Shown here piece after piece: positions 27,741 through 38,129 of a stretch of DNA of 64,000 nt. The translations under genes were made by a program, and so were the position numbers. Position 1 is the first letter of the stretch. The number at the start of each line of letters is the position of its first letter. Source of the stretch: Candidatus Scalinduaceae bacterium (GTDB lineage Bacteria > Planctomycetota > Brocadiia > Brocadiales > Scalinduaceae); NCBI GenBank assembly GCA_046759445.1, contig JBHICG010000007.1:29027-93026 (forward strand), given 5' to 3'. The notes under the pieces are model-generated. The model did no database searches and was not told where the DNA came from. It saw only the letters and a list, made by a program, of their open reading frames with translations.

Positions 27741-28979
27741 ATGCCTTTATTAAAGTCTGTTTTAGAGCAGTACAGTCTTGTGGCTAAAAAACTTAAGTTA
27801 GACAGCAGGATACGTGAGAGATTAAGACATCCTAAACGAGCCTTAATAGTTTCCATACCAGTCGAAATGGACAATGGAAACATGAAAGTTTTTAAAGGAT
27901 ATAGAGTTCAACATGATATTACATTGGGACCATCAAAAGGAGGAATCCGCTATCATCCAAATGTGAGCTTGGAAGAAGTAACCGCATTATCTATGTTGAT
28001 GAGTTGGAAATGCGCATTGATACAACTCCCATATGGCGGCGCAAAGGGGGGAGTATGTTGTAATACCAAAGAAATGTCACAGAAAGAGATAGAACGACTT
28101 ACAAGACGTTTTACAACAGAAATTATATGGGCAATCGGCCCTGAAGAAGATATACCTGCTCCAGATATGAATACTAATATGCAAACTATGGCATGGATGA
28201 TGGATACGTACAGCATGCAGAAAGGACATACCATCTTGGGAGTAGTTACAGGTAAACCATTGGTATTAGGAGGTTCTGTAGGAAGAGAGGAGGGGACTGG
28301 ACGGGGCGTTTTTAATATGGTACAAGAGGCCTCGATTGTTGCCGGGAAAGACCTAAAAGGACTTAGAATTGCAATACAGGGGTTTGGAAATGTAGGTTCG
28401 GTAGTTGCTAGGTTACTTTTTGAGGAAGGATGTAAAGTTATTGCAATAAGCGGCAGTAAGGGAGGAATTCACAATGAAGGAGGTATTAATATTAGTAACT
28501 TAATTAAACACGTTAAGGAAAACAAACCCATTACTGATTTTCCTGATACAGATTATATAACAAACAAAGACCTTCTTACCATAGATTGTGATGTTTTGAT
28601 TCCTGCAGCAATTGAAGGACAAATAACTATAAACAATGCGCATGATATTAAGGCTAAAATAATAGTGGAAGGTGCGAATGGACCAACCACGCCCGAGGCA
28701 GATAAGATTTTATACGATAGAAGTGTGCTTTTGATTCCCGACATATTAGCAAATTCAGGAGGAGTAATTATCTCGTATTTTGAATGGGTACAAAACATTC
28801 AATTCTATTTTTGGAAGGAAAATGAAGTAAAAAAACGTTTAAAAGAAATAATGAGAAACACATTTAAAAGAGTTTTGTTGTTATCAAGAGAAAAGAAGAT
28901 AGATATGCGAACTGCCGCATGGATGCTTGGTATTAATCGTATATCAGAAGCACAAAAAACTAGAGGACTATATCCCTGA
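27741..28979 (+). CDS. gdhA: Glutamate dehydrogenase (Glu/Leu/Phe/Val family)
   Basis: KGGIRYHP, GGAKGG, DIPAPD, GFGNVG, EGANGP motifs. Confidence 0.95.
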   Translation: MPLLKSVLEQYSLVAKKLKLDSRIRERLRHPKRALIVSIPVEMDNGNMKVFKGYRVQHDITLGPSKGGIRYHPNVSLEEVTALSMLMSWKCALIQLPYGGAKGGVCCNTKEMSQKEIERLTRRFTTEIIWAIGPEEDIPAPDMNTNMQTMAWMMDTYSMQKGHTILGVVTGKPLVLGGSVGREEGTGRGVFNMVQEASIVAGKDLKGLRIAIQGFGNVGSVVARLLFEEGCKVIAISGSKGGIHNEGGINISNLIKHVKENKPITDFPDTDYITNKDLLTIDCDVLIPAAIEGQITINNAHDIKAKIIVEGANGPTTPEADKILYDRSVLLIPDILANSGGVIISYFEWVQNIQFYFWKENEVKKRLKEIMRNTFKRVLLLSREKKIDMRTAAWMLGINRISEAQKTRGLYP

Positions 28980-29147
28980 AGAATTTACGTTTTGAAATTT
29001 ATAAAAATTGGTTAAAATACATTATGGATACAAGAAAAGACATTGCAAATTCTTGTTCGAGTATTAAAAAGCCAAACTTAGTGACATGATTATATTAAAC
29101 ATCTCGGGGGGGATATTGTAAATCCTTAAAGAAAGGAGGTGAGAATT

Positions 29148-29588
29148 ATGTCAAGCGATCTGACCAAATGGCCTCAGTGGCCAACATTTACATCACTTCA
29201 AAAAGAGATGAACAGATTGTTCGAAGACTTCTTTGGTAGAGAAGATGCCCTCCATGCCAGACATTATCCATTACTGGATGTTAGTGAAACAAATGATAAC
29301 ATCATTGTGAAAGCAGAATTGCCAGGTGTGGATCCAAAAGCCGTTGATATCTCAATTGCAGGTGACAATTTGACAATTAGAGGTGAGAAAAAAGAGGAAA
29401 AGGAAGAAAAGGGGAAACATTTTCATCGGATAGAGAGAAGTTCAGGAAGTTTTTCAAGAACAATTAATCTGCCTGCCTCCGTAGATAGTAATAAAGTGCA
29501 GGCAGAATATAAAGACGGTATCCTGAAAATCAATCTTCCCAAAAAAGAAGAAACAAAAGCAAAAAAAATCGAAGTGAAAGTTAAATGA
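29148..29588 (+). CDS. Hsp20 small heat-shock protein
   Basis: AELPG, ERSSGSFSR, AEYKDGIL motifs; AAGGAGGTG RBS. Confidence 0.95.
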   Translation: MSSDLTKWPQWPTFTSLQKEMNRLFEDFFGREDALHARHYPLLDVSETNDNIIVKAELPGVDPKAVDISIAGDNLTIRGEKKEEKEEKGKHFHRIERSSGSFSRTINLPASVDSNKVQAEYKDGILKINLPKKEETKAKKIEVKVK

Positions 29589-29633
29589 TTAATGCCCCCC
29601 TCGGGATATTTGCTTAAAAAAAGGAGAGTACTT

Positions 29634-30038
29634 ATGCCTATAGAGAAGTGGGATCCATGGCAAGAATTGACAACTTTACAACAAAATGTAAATGAATTAT
29701 TTAATAATTTTTTTACTCGTTTTTCCTCAACAAAGGAAATAGCTTTTACACCTCAGATAAATATGTACGAGACAGAAAAGGAAATTATTCTTAATGTTGC
29801 ACTCCCAGGCACCCTGCAAGAAGATATTGATATATCTTTAGAAAAAGACGACGTATTATATATTAGAGGCGAAAGAACTAATCCACATGAGGCAATTGTT
29901 GGCCTGAGGCATATAGAAGAATTGTGTTACGGGTATTTTGAAAGGAGAGTACATTTGCCAGCTAAGTGCTCTAATGAAGAGATAAAAGCTGATTTTTCCG
30001 AGGGGATCCTTAATATACGGTTGATTAAAAAGGTGTAA
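29634..30038 (+). CDS. Hsp20 small heat-shock protein
   Basis: WDPW, ALPG, YGYFER, ADFSEGIL motifs; AAGGAG RBS. Confidence 0.92.
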   Translation: MPIEKWDPWQELTTLQQNVNELFNNFFTRFSSTKEIAFTPQINMYETEKEIILNVALPGTLQEDIDISLEKDDVLYIRGERTNPHEAIVGLRHIEELCYGYFERRVHLPAKCSNEEIKADFSEGILNIRLIKKV

Positions 30039-30041
30039 TAG

Positions 30042-31109
30042 ATGTATTCTAGCGGAGTTAAAGAAAGAGACTATTATGAGGTTTTAGGAGTAAGTAAAAA
30101 TGCAACAAATGATGAAATAAAAAAAGCGTATAGAAGACTTGCTCTCAGATATCACCCTGATAAAAATCGGGGAGATAAGGAAGCTGAGCAAAAGTTCAAG
30201 GAAGCTGCAAATGCTTACGAAGTGCTCAGTAATCCTGAAAAAAGGAAAATGTACGACTCACGGGGTCATGCAGGACTTGAAGATATGGGTTTCCGTGGTT
30301 TTGAAAGTTATGATGACATTTTCAGTAGCTTTGGAGATGTATTTGGGGATATATTTGGAAAGCGATTTTACAAAGAAAGAGCAGGTCCTCAAAAAGGTTC
30401 AGACCTTAAATACAACATGTCCATTTCGTTCCTGGATGCAGCATTGGGATGCAAAAAACAGCTCCGATTTGATAAAAAAGAAATTTGTGAAACATGCAGA
30501 GGCTCAGGCGCTAAGAATGGGGCTTCAACGGTATGTTCTCAATGTAATGGCACTGGCCATGTAAGCAAGCAACAAAAACCTTTTGGAGGTTTTTTTACTA
30601 TTAGTAATCCCTGCCCTAATTGTAATGGTTCAGGAAGGGAAATTAATAATCCATGTTCTGTTTGCAATAGTGAAGGGAGAGTTTTGAAAACCGGATTATT
30701 ATCTGTTAAGGTTCCCGCCGGGATTAAATATGGCTCTACGTTAAGACTTTCTAATCAAGGTGAAGCAGGCGTTCGAGGTGGCAGCGCTGGCAATTTATAT
30801 ATATGTGTTAATATAACGCCACATACCTATTTTGAGAGAAGAGGCTTGGATATACAATACGATGCAAAAGTCCCTTTTACTAAAGCTACTTTGGGAGGAG
30901 AAATAGAAGTGCCAACCTTACGTGGAAAGGCAATGTTAAGAATACCAAGGTACATACAGCCAAATCAGATATTAAGAATGAAAGGGCAAGGAATTAAGAC
31001 TGAGGATGGTAGAAACGGCGACCAATTAGTAAGAATAATTATAGATGTACCAAAAAAAATATCTCCACGTCAGGAAGAACTCCTAAAGGAGTTGTCTAAA
31101 CTTGAATAA
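30042..31109 (+). CDS. dnaJ: Chaperone DnaJ
   Basis: HPD J-domain and four CxxCxGxG-type zinc-finger repeats (fourth is CxxCxSxG). Confidence 0.96.
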   Translation: MYSSGVKERDYYEVLGVSKNATNDEIKKAYRRLALRYHPDKNRGDKEAEQKFKEAANAYEVLSNPEKRKMYDSRGHAGLEDMGFRGFESYDDIFSSFGDVFGDIFGKRFYKERAGPQKGSDLKYNMSISFLDAALGCKKQLRFDKKEICETCRGSGAKNGASTVCSQCNGTGHVSKQQKPFGGFFTISNPCPNCNGSGREINNPCSVCNSEGRVLKTGLLSVKVPAGIKYGSTLRLSNQGEAGVRGGSAGNLYICVNITPHTYFERRGLDIQYDAKVPFTKATLGGEIEVPTLRGKAMLRIPRYIQPNQILRMKGQGIKTEDGRNGDQLVRIIIDVPKKISPRQEELLKELSKLE

Positions 31110-31255
31110 TCAATACAGCTCGCTAATACTGCCTGAAATACTTAGTTTCAGGATTACGCCTTTAGTTTTTCTCATACCTTCAGAAGGTCTTAAGTACATT
31201 TTATTATTTAGACAATTTGAAAATTGTATTTGCATCTATTTATGAATGGAATGAA

Positions 31256-32212
31256 TCACGGTGTGTATTTCGCACCTTGGTAGGAGTTGCGACGTTCTAA
31301 TTCTTTAGTAATGGCCGCAAACACCTCACCCTTGCCCATATGCCATATGGGCGAGATTAAGTAGTTGCCATGTGTATCACCTACTAATCTTTGTATGACT
31401 ATATCAGGTGAGAGTCTTTCTAGAAAGTCACAAACAATCGATACATACTCTTCCATTCCCAACGTTTTTATCTTTCCCCTAAAATATTCATTTGCCATTG
31501 CCGTGTTCTTTGCAATATAAAGATGATGGAGTTTTATACCATTAAGGCCGATATTAGAGACTGCTCGTGCAGTTTCCATCATATCATCCCAATCTTCTCC
31601 AGGAAGACCAAGGATTACGTGCGCGCAAATTTTTATATTTGGTTTATCCTTGGTACGTACGATTGCGCTTTCGAATGCCTTATAACCATGTCCACGATTT
31701 ATTAACTTTAATGTGCGGTCGTGCATCGATTGTAAGCCATATTCAATCCATACGTGATATTTTTCGGTATAACTATTGATGAGATCTAGTATTTCGTCTG
31801 TTATGCAATCAGGCCTTGTACCTATAGAAAGACCAATTATGTCTTTGTTTAATAAAGCTTCGTCATATCGTGATCTTAATGTGTCAATATCGGCATATGT
31901 ATTAGTAAATGCCTGAAAGTATGCAATAAACTTTTCAGCACCATACCTTGTTTTCATGAATTTTATACCTCTTTCAAGCTGCTCTCTTATGGGGGTAACT
32001 GTTTCACGGACATTTGGACTGAAACTTTCATTTGCGCAGTAAGTACATCCCCCGACTCCTACTAGCCCGTCCCTATTAGGACATGTAAAACCAGCATGAA
32101 TCGAAATCTTGTGAACTTTGAATGGAAAATTTTCCCTTAAAAAGAGGCTAAATGGATAGTACCTGTGTGTCTTTAGCCACGTTCTTTGTCTTTGAATAGT
32201 AAGTGTAGTCAT
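31256..32212 (-). CDS. YhcC/TIGR01212-family radical SAM protein
   Basis: GFTCPNRDG....GCTYC, YFQAFTNTY, GTRPDC motifs. Confidence 0.93.
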   Translation of the reverse strand: MTTLTIQRQRTWLKTHRYYPFSLFLRENFPFKVHKISIHAGFTCPNRDGLVGVGGCTYCANESFSPNVRETVTPIREQLERGIKFMKTRYGAEKFIAYFQAFTNTYADIDTLRSRYDEALLNKDIIGLSIGTRPDCITDEILDLINSYTEKYHVWIEYGLQSMHDRTLKLINRGHGYKAFESAIVRTKDKPNIKICAHVILGLPGEDWDDMMETARAVSNIGLNGIKLHHLYIAKNTAMANEYFRGKIKTLGMEEYVSIVCDFLERLSPDIVIQRLVGDTHGNYLISPIWHMGKGEVFAAITKELERRNSYQGAKYTP

Positions 32213-32464
32213 TCCTTTTTAATTAAAAGACTGGTTTTTGTATTTTGCTTGGAAAAACATATTACAATTATCTCACGAAAGCTATGTAAGTTGATTAGAA
32301 ATGTGATATTGGCAGTTATGATTCTGGGAAGGTTTTAACAAAGTTTCTATATTTCTAGATGGCAAACGTTCATATAAAAATTTAGTTTACCATTGATATG
32401 ATTTTATCTAAATCATTAAATAACAATACTTAGAAGTTTAAAGATTCATGTAAAGTTGCAAATT

Positions 32465-32674
32465 TTATGAACCAACAAAATTGGTATCAGGGTTTTGGGC
32501 CTTTTTAATGTTCTTAACTCTCCTGTTTTCTTCCCGACGACGCTTATCAGAAGGTTTTTCAAAATAAGCACAACGCTTTGATTGATTTATTATGCCTTCC
32601 TTATCACACATCCTCTTAAACCTTCTAAGAGCTTCACGCAAGCTTTCATTCTCTGAAACTTGAACCTTAGCCAT
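32465..32674 (-). CDS. rpsU: 30S ribosomal protein S21
   Basis: ESLREALRRFKR and YFEKPS motifs. Confidence 0.95.
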   Translation of the reverse strand: MAKVQVSENESLREALRRFKRMCDKEGIINQSKRCAYFEKPSDKRRREENRRVKNIKKAQNPDTNFVGS

Positions 32675-33193
32675 AGGCAAAAGACTCCTTTGTGAAAAAA
32701 CATTTTTAAAATCTAAATTAAGTCAGTTATTTTATTATTTAATATATTAATCGTCAAGGGAAAAGTTAGTGCAAGAATTAATGATTATAAATCTAAAATG
32801 AGGCAAAAGACTACTTAGTTTACTCCGAACAACTTTTTACATAACATCTTATTAGAATAAGTGTTATGTCAAACTAGACAAAGCTGGTATCTAAATCTTC
32901 AAGTATTTGACAAACAAGAAAGTTACAACTTAGCTTTGTAAAAAAGCCCGGCAGAATTAAGCGTAAGTATAACAACATTCGGCAGTTACCTCCAGACATT
33001 TACTATAATATTTTATTATTTTAGTTATTACTATTTCAGTAACATTAGAATTAATAAGTCATCAGAATCTAGTTGGAAATCAGAACGCTTTAACAAAAGT
33101 TTAGACTTTAAGAAATATGACTTAAGTGTGCAGATTTATGGAGGTGATAACTAATTAGTATTTCTTGTAAAAAGAAAGCTCCACTTTACATAT

Positions 33194-35824
33194 TTAATTT
33201 AGCATCTCTTTTATGTATTTTACTCTATCCTTAGTCTGCTCTATTCTGATTGAAGTCAACTCGCGTATAAAACCAAACAACTTGATTGATTTCTGTTCAT
33301 CTATAATACTTGTATAAGCATCTATTGCCTTATCATAATAATTTGCCTGCTCTCCCTCAAATAGCAAGGCCATTTCTTCATAAAGATTGCCAATACGATA
33401 TTGTGCATTAACGGGTGTTATCCCCACAAATTTGTCTATTATCTCACTAAATTTCGCTATAGCTTCTTTATAATTTATCTTTGTACCCTCATCATCACCT
33501 ACATCATAAAGGGCCAAACCCACATAATGATATGCTTCTGCCAATGCGTAGGAATGTTCTTGTGCCTCCTCTATATAACCCTCTTTAAGCTCTTCAAGTA
33601 CATTTTTGTATCTTCTTTCCATCGCTTCAACAAGACTGATGCTCAATGGAATCCCAGAATCTTCCAATTCATTCTGACATTCTACTTTTACGAATGGAAG
33701 GAGTAATTTTAATAGACTCTCCAAACCCAAACCCTTAACAAGATAGAGTTCACCTACAGAATGGAATCTCTTATTCACCTTCCTATAACTTAGAATAATA
33801 TCTATCTCATCTTTATTCATTTTAAATTCTTTATTCAAGAATATAGACAGCTCACTATCATTGTCTCTATTCAGTTTCTTATATAATTTTAACAATTTGA
33901 TTAAAATAGCCAATTTGCATGAAGGCGTTTCTCCATGTAATACAGTTCTTCTATAAAATATAAGCCATGGATCTCTACAGGAAAAACTTTTAAATCTTGT
34001 GTCGTCATAAAAGACTTCCAAGGCAATTTTAAGTTTATACTTATCCCAATCTTTTGTTTCTTTGTAATTTAGTTCCCGATATGTTCTGTCAATTCGATCA
34101 AAATATTCTTTTATTATACCTTTCATTTGAATAGTATTAACTTTTCGATGTAACTTTAATTCATGAGGACTATACTTTAAGGCATCTCTATAATGAACAA
34201 TAGCCTGTTCATATTTTTGAGCATGGTAATCACTATCTCCAAGATATTCATAAAACCTTTTAACCATTCTCCTTGGTCTAAGTCCTTCCTTTTCTTCCTT
34301 ATCTGAAAGTTGAGACTTTTCAAAATGTTCTATTATTTCTTTTGGAGTCTGCAACGATTTTTTTGTAAGGAAATCTAATCCTGAAACGTATTCATACACT
34401 GAATTACATCTCTGTAACAAATCCTGGCTAAGGTCGTTAAGCATCTTTGCCTTTTGTATACAATCTCTTGCTTGTTGAAACAGGCCAAACTCTGCATACG
34501 CCTTCCCTAGTTTGATAAGTATATTTGCAGTTATTTTTCCATCTGTTTGTTGATTGCCTTCATATTCTTTCCTGTATTTGTCAATCGCTGTCTTATAAAT
34601 AACAGTAACGATTTCAACTTTATTGCTTACAATACGCACTACATGTACTTTTATATCTCCCGTGTCAGCGTCTATCTTAACACCAGAGACTTCTCTACCA
34701 TCAGGAAATTTTATCCATGGTGTTTTTTTAATGATACTAGCCGTAAAAACCGTATCCTTACCCTTAACTAAGTCTTTTGAAGTTAGAACCTTATCCCATG
34801 ATATTTCATCTTCTTTTTCTGTACATGGTCTGACAATCTTAAAATTCCTTAATATATCTACTTCATTTTTTCTAAATGAATTCCAATTATTTGGTTTTTC
34901 CATTAACCGTTCATCCTGAGCCACTTCATTAGGCAAAATCCTCATTGTCATTTCACCTCCTAGTCGCTCTACTATCATTCCACTCAAAACTGCTTCAGGA
35001 ATCCCTCCTACCCCAAAAATAAGATCTACCTTATCTCTCATAACTGCAAAGGTGGGAGTAAGATCATCTTCCTTAACAAGGATTACTTTAGCCCCAAGAT
35101 CTTTTATCGTCTTGACAAGTCGTTTATGCCTTGGCCTATCCAAAACAAAGACTTTCATTTTCATTATTTCATTGTGAATATTTTGTAAAGTTATCGCTTT
35201 GTTCTTACGTTTTAGTGTATTTTCAGCCATGAGATTTAGATTCTTTGCAATCCCTTTATTCACATTGACGCCAGCACCTTTATATTTATTACCAACTATC
35301 GTCTTAATTCCATACATATCTGGAGAATTAAACAACCCTCCCCTTTCGCTGTATCCAACTGCAAAGATTGCCCCTCCCTTTGATTTCTCATCAACTATAC
35401 AACGGTCATTTTCAAAGGCGCTAAGCACAATATCTGCTTCATTCCCCTTGTGTCTTGTTGCAGAACCAAATCTTTCTCCTATGTACAACATTGGCATATC
35501 CTTACGCTCTCCCTCTGCATTTACAACATAAGCCTTCCACCAAGCGAAGCTATTATAGATATGCCTGAGCCACCAGACAGCCGTACCTCTTGTACGAAAT
35601 ACATTAAAACCTTCACCATTTGTACTGAAATACCTTAAGGACCTTGCAGCAACAACTCCCACAGCATGTCTTAATTCATTTCTGTTTACTAACTGAAGGC
35701 CTTTCTCAGGAGTCCGCAAATTGTATTCTCTTGGAATAAAGGCCTCCAAAATATAAGGGTCATCTATCTTCTTGGAATCAAAACTTTTATCCTTAACAAA
35801 TAAAACATCCTTTTCATTTTCCAT
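33194..35824 (-). CDS. GlpX (class II FBPase)-like domain fused to TPR repeats and a helix-hairpin-helix motif
   Basis: EGE..DMPMLYIGE, LDRPRH, GVGGIPEAVL; TPR-like helices; IILSYR....FHSVGELYLVKGLG. Confidence 0.8.
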   Translation of the reverse strand: MENEKDVLFVKDKSFDSKKIDDPYILEAFIPREYNLRTPEKGLQLVNRNELRHAVGVVAARSLRYFSTNGEGFNVFRTRGTAVWWLRHIYNSFAWWKAYVVNAEGERKDMPMLYIGERFGSATRHKGNEADIVLSAFENDRCIVDEKSKGGAIFAVGYSERGGLFNSPDMYGIKTIVGNKYKGAGVNVNKGIAKNLNLMAENTLKRKNKAITLQNIHNEIMKMKVFVLDRPRHKRLVKTIKDLGAKVILVKEDDLTPTFAVMRDKVDLIFGVGGIPEAVLSGMIVERLGGEMTMRILPNEVAQDERLMEKPNNWNSFRKNEVDILRNFKIVRPCTEKEDEISWDKVLTSKDLVKGKDTVFTASIIKKTPWIKFPDGREVSGVKIDADTGDIKVHVVRIVSNKVEIVTVIYKTAIDKYRKEYEGNQQTDGKITANILIKLGKAYAEFGLFQQARDCIQKAKMLNDLSQDLLQRCNSVYEYVSGLDFLTKKSLQTPKEIIEHFEKSQLSDKEEKEGLRPRRMVKRFYEYLGDSDYHAQKYEQAIVHYRDALKYSPHELKLHRKVNTIQMKGIIKEYFDRIDRTYRELNYKETKDWDKYKLKIALEVFYDDTRFKSFSCRDPWLIFYRRTVLHGETPSCKLAILIKLLKLYKKLNRDNDSELSIFLNKEFKMNKDEIDIILSYRKVNKRFHSVGELYLVKGLGLESLLKLLLPFVKVECQNELEDSGIPLSISLVEAMERRYKNVLEELKEGYIEEAQEHSYALAEAYHYVGLALYDVGDDEGTKINYKEAIAKFSEIIDKFVGITPVNAQYRIGNLYEEMALLFEGEQANYYDKAIDAYTSIIDEQKSIKLFGFIRELTSIRIEQTKDRVKYIKEMLN

Positions 35825-35859
35825 AATTTCATATAGAATCAACAAAAGATTAAGTTCAT

Positions 35860-37371
35860 TTAGTTTCTCGTTATATCCATGTTGTTTCCAGCCTGGTTTA
35901 AGTGAGTGTTCAGTTCTTTAAAATCGTTCAGGTGATTAAAGCAGTCCATTTCTTCTAAAAAAACTTCTTTTTCCGTCTTACCAAAGGAGCGAATAGTGTC
36001 CTTTGCCCGGCAATACGGCCTCAGCAATAAAAGCCTAAGTAAATAAACAAAAGGAAACCTCGATTTAAAAGTAGGTGTGGTTTTAAAGAATGTTGAGTAT
36101 TTTTTTTTATACTTCCATTTTGTAAACTGCAACTCCTCTGAATCAAGATACTTTGTACGAACATTTGCCCAGAAGCCATTGTATTTACGATAGTCATCTA
36201 AATTGGTAATAAGACCTGCCTTTATAAGTTCTTCTCTTATGCCAGTCTTAGGATATGGAGTAATGATCTGATCACTAATGAAATCAATATTATATCTGTC
36301 GAAGAATTCGTAATTTTGCGCAATATCTTCTTCTTTATCCTCTGAATTTCCGATAATCATCCCACCTATTATGAGCATATTATTTTTATGTATAAGCTCT
36401 ACAGCCCTTTTTATGCTGTCCAAGATATTACCTTTCCGCATCATTCTGAGATTTTGTTTGGAAACATTTTCTATACCTAAAAAAACGAATTCAAATCCTG
36501 CACGTGCCATTTTCTCCGCTAGTGTATCTGAGGATGCAATACCCGTACATGATGTCTGCACGATATATCGGATGTCGTTGTGTCCCGCTTCTGTAATAGC
36601 ATCACAGAGTTCCTCAAATCTTCTAATATTCAGAGTAATATTGTCATCCGCAATGGTCAAATATCTTGCACCATGCTGCTTTGCATTGGCGATATCCTTT
36701 ATAACACGTCCTATTGCATAAGTTCTGAATTTTCTACCGTACATATGGTTCATACTGCAAAAGTTACATGGCATAGTACAACCGCGAGAGGTCTCAATAA
36801 TATCAAGCTGTTTTGCACCAAAGGAGTAACCACGCCAGACTCGATTTGTCCTGTTTGGAAGAGCTATTTTTGTTAAGTCTTCCAGCGGCCTGGGGGGGTT
36901 GTGAATAAATGCCCCATTTTGACGGAATGATAAACCCATAACATCCTTATAACTGGCTTTACCTTCTATGGCATGGACGAGTTCTCCGAAACTCAGATCA
37001 CTCTCACCTCTGAGGATGAAATCGAAGGATTCAGCATTGCCATCCTCTGAAATCTCTTTGTACATAAGCGTTGCGTGATACCCTCCCAACACAATCTTTA
37101 TGCTTTTATCCATATTTTTAAAGAATGCAGCAACACGTCTGGCAGTATCAAATTGGAAACTCATTGCGCTCAGACCTATCATCTCTGGGTTGTATTTTGT
37201 GAGAAGCTCTTTTAGGGATGACACCAGTTTATATCTAACAAGAATGAGATCTGCCGTGTAAACGTCGTGTCCCCTCAAATTCCCCGTAATTGAGGAAATG
37301 GCCAGATTAGGAGGCAGCCATCCCCTAAACGCTGGAACCATGTCGGGCATGGACAGAAGTAAAATCCTCAT
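35860..37371 (-). CDS. Cobalamin-binding radical SAM protein
   Basis: N-terminal B12-binding domain (IVLGGYHAT); TSRGCTMPCNFC; DDN; TPYPKT. Confidence 0.92.
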   Translation of the reverse strand: MRILLLSMPDMVPAFRGWLPPNLAISSITGNLRGHDVYTADLILVRYKLVSSLKELLTKYNPEMIGLSAMSFQFDTARRVAAFFKNMDKSIKIVLGGYHATLMYKEISEDGNAESFDFILRGESDLSFGELVHAIEGKASYKDVMGLSFRQNGAFIHNPPRPLEDLTKIALPNRTNRVWRGYSFGAKQLDIIETSRGCTMPCNFCSMNHMYGRKFRTYAIGRVIKDIANAKQHGARYLTIADDNITLNIRRFEELCDAITEAGHNDIRYIVQTSCTGIASSDTLAEKMARAGFEFVFLGIENVSKQNLRMMRKGNILDSIKRAVELIHKNNMLIIGGMIIGNSEDKEEDIAQNYEFFDRYNIDFISDQIITPYPKTGIREELIKAGLITNLDDYRKYNGFWANVRTKYLDSEELQFTKWKYKKKYSTFFKTTPTFKSRFPFVYLLRLLLLRPYCRAKDTIRSFGKTEKEVFLEEMDCFNHLNDFKELNTHLNQAGNNMDITRN

Positions 37372-37774
37372 GGTTTATTATTTACACCTTATCAAAGCAA
37401 AAGATAAATACCTAAAATGGCTTGAATTCAGGTATCTTATTAACCCATTTTATATCTATAAAACAAAACTGAGTGGTAATAAACATAACCCCCACATAAT
37501 ATGCATTCCTCTTTCTTTAACTTCGCAACATCATTAATTCTTTATAACAAACATTTGAAAATTTGTAAATTAAAATCAACTCATAAAGATGACTACAAAG
37601 GCGCTGGAAGTAAAAATCTAACATTTAAAATGTTTTATTAGATTCTCAAAAAACGAGATTTGTGAATATGCAAAAGAGAATTACCCAGCTACAGCGTTTT
37701 ATCGCCAGTTTCACGGAGTAAAAAAACAAATTGCCAGTAATTAAGCGTTATGTAAAAAAAATTTAAAAAAGTTG

Positions 37775-37802
37775 TTGACATAAATTTTAAAATGTGTATA
37801 TT
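37775..37802 (+). promoter_or_regulatory. Sigma70-type promoter upstream of the porin gene
   Basis: TTGACA-N16-TATATT. Confidence 0.55.
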
Positions 37803-37809
37803 GGTTGAA

Positions 37810-37828
37810 ATTGAGACTCAGTCTCAAT
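37810..37828. promoter_or_regulatory. 9-1-9 palindromic operator, Fur-like
   Basis: ATTGAGACT C AGTCTCAAT directly after the -10 box. Confidence 0.65.
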
Positions 37829-37930
37829 CATATTTCTTTCAGATTAACAGCTTCTCGTTTTCGATATGTACATACTTATATGCCGTCTATAGCAATTGGA
37901 AATTAGGATTGCTTTTTTATTTAAATACCT

Positions 37931-37949
37931 ATTGCAACTGAGTCTCAAT
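37931..37949. promoter_or_regulatory. Second copy of the Fur-like operator
   Basis: ATTGCAACTGAGTCTCAAT, an inverted near-copy of box 1. Confidence 0.6.
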
Positions 37950-38129
37950 TTCAGCTATATATTATGTTTTACAACAAAAATATATTTCTCTTTGATTCCA
38001 CTAATAGATCGTAAGTCCTACTGGATAAATAACTTATTCAGGTTTTAAATTTGAGACATAATCAATCTCATAGAATAAATGTCCAAGTATTAGCCTATTT
38101 TTTTAACCAATGTTAGAAAGGGGTTTGTT

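Noticed and set aside
32815..32970. Possible MITE with AGTTTACTC-type ends (similar traces at about 58989-59115)
   Set aside because: Arms too degenerate to define ends or a target duplication
35860..37371. Assigning the B12 radical SAM to ladderane or hopanoid synthesis
   Set aside because: No lipid-synthesis neighbours; the subfamily cannot be resolved by eye
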